Shown here: in pieces, positions 63,401-64,000 of the stretch | How positions within the stretch are numbered: position 1 is the first letter of the stretch | Layout of the letters: the number at the start of each line of letters is the position of its first letter | NCBI GenBank assembly: GCA_010909165.1 | Contig: VJWM01000011.1 | Location: 1,302,001 to 1,366,000, forward strand | Length of the DNA: 64,000 bases | Reading direction: 5' to 3' | From: Anthoceros angustus | Taxonomy: Eukaryota; Plantae; Anthocerotophyta | Notes under the pieces: model-generated | The model's database searches: none | Seen by the model: the letters and a program-made list of their open reading frames with translations, nothing else | What the model was told of the DNA's origin: nothing | Made by a program: the position numbers and the translations under genes

Positions 63401-63887
63401 TACTGCGACAACCAAGGCGCCATCTCACTCACCTATAATCCCAAGTTCCATGCGCGCACCAAACACATTGAGGTGCAATTTCATTTCATCCGAAAAGTGG
63501 TTAAAGATGGTAAATTAGAAGTTTTGTATTGTCCAACAGAGCAAATGACGGCAGATATCCTGACCAAGGCACTCACCAAGCATCAACAACAACTGCGCAT
63601 CCATGGGGCTGAGAAAATTATCGAGATGTTTAGTAGTAGTTCAAGCTAGGCTAGACTAGCATCACAACTTAAGTACCTAATGCATGCACGCTAAGTGGGA
63701 GTGTTGAGATATGTAGCGTCCTAAGCATTAGGGCACGCTTCGTGCCAATCACGAACGTTACTTAATTAAGCGGTTACTTCGCCAAGTTCCGCACCGTAAG
63801 AACAATACCTTATGTACATTCGAGAGATCGGGGCGCAAAATCTATACACCTGTGCGCATCAATCTAGAGCACATGCAACCTTAAACA
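60500..63887 (+). mobile_element. Ty1/Copia element, internally deleted and with an inverted centre
   Basis: 186-bp TG...CA LTRs at 60500-60685 and 63702-63887, TSD TTCCT, PBS TGGTATC(-)GAGC, PPT AAGTGGGAG; gag (+), RT (-), RNase H (+). Confidence 0.93.
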
Positions 63888-64000
63888 TTCCTTCTGTCCC
63901 CAATGTCAGCCCCCCTGGATTGCTCGTGTGTGCCCCTACAGAATATAACATGATTTGTTGAAGGCTCGACTCCCGGACTTTGAGATTTGATCCGCAAAAT

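Overview
Eukaryotic land-plant genomic DNA with compact genes, ~80-250 bp introns and PLS-class PPR remnants carrying an extended L motif. A non-seed plant such as a hornwort is plausible but is an inference. Positions 1-17.3 kb are a Ty3/Gypsy complex: a decayed RT-RNaseH-INT, then about four tandem copies of a large same-strand accessory ORF, GTCCGGAC arrays, an LTR, and a second gag-only unit that shares this LTR and ends inside a PPR gene. Positions 17.3-20.1 kb hold PPR pseudogene fragments and a TIR element. Positions 21.7-36.6 kb are a gene island: a secreted GGEHR Gly/His-rich protein head-to-head with a Cys/Pro/Gly-rich secreted protein, an F-box/LRR gene, UREG head-to-head with an asparaginase, a small TM/coiled-coil ORF, and eIF3m. 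Positions 36.7-51.4 kb are a MITE followed by a nest: a PIF/Harbinger containing a Copia (non-canonical TA...TA LTR ends, extra ORFs) that itself contains a Gypsy-like insert. Positions 51.6-64 kb hold an RPL40 remnant without ubiquitin, a conserved 8-exon coiled-coil gene, a GH3 pseudogene, and a Copia whose centre is inverted. Several repeat regions are dense in small indels, so part of their apparent decay may be consensus error.
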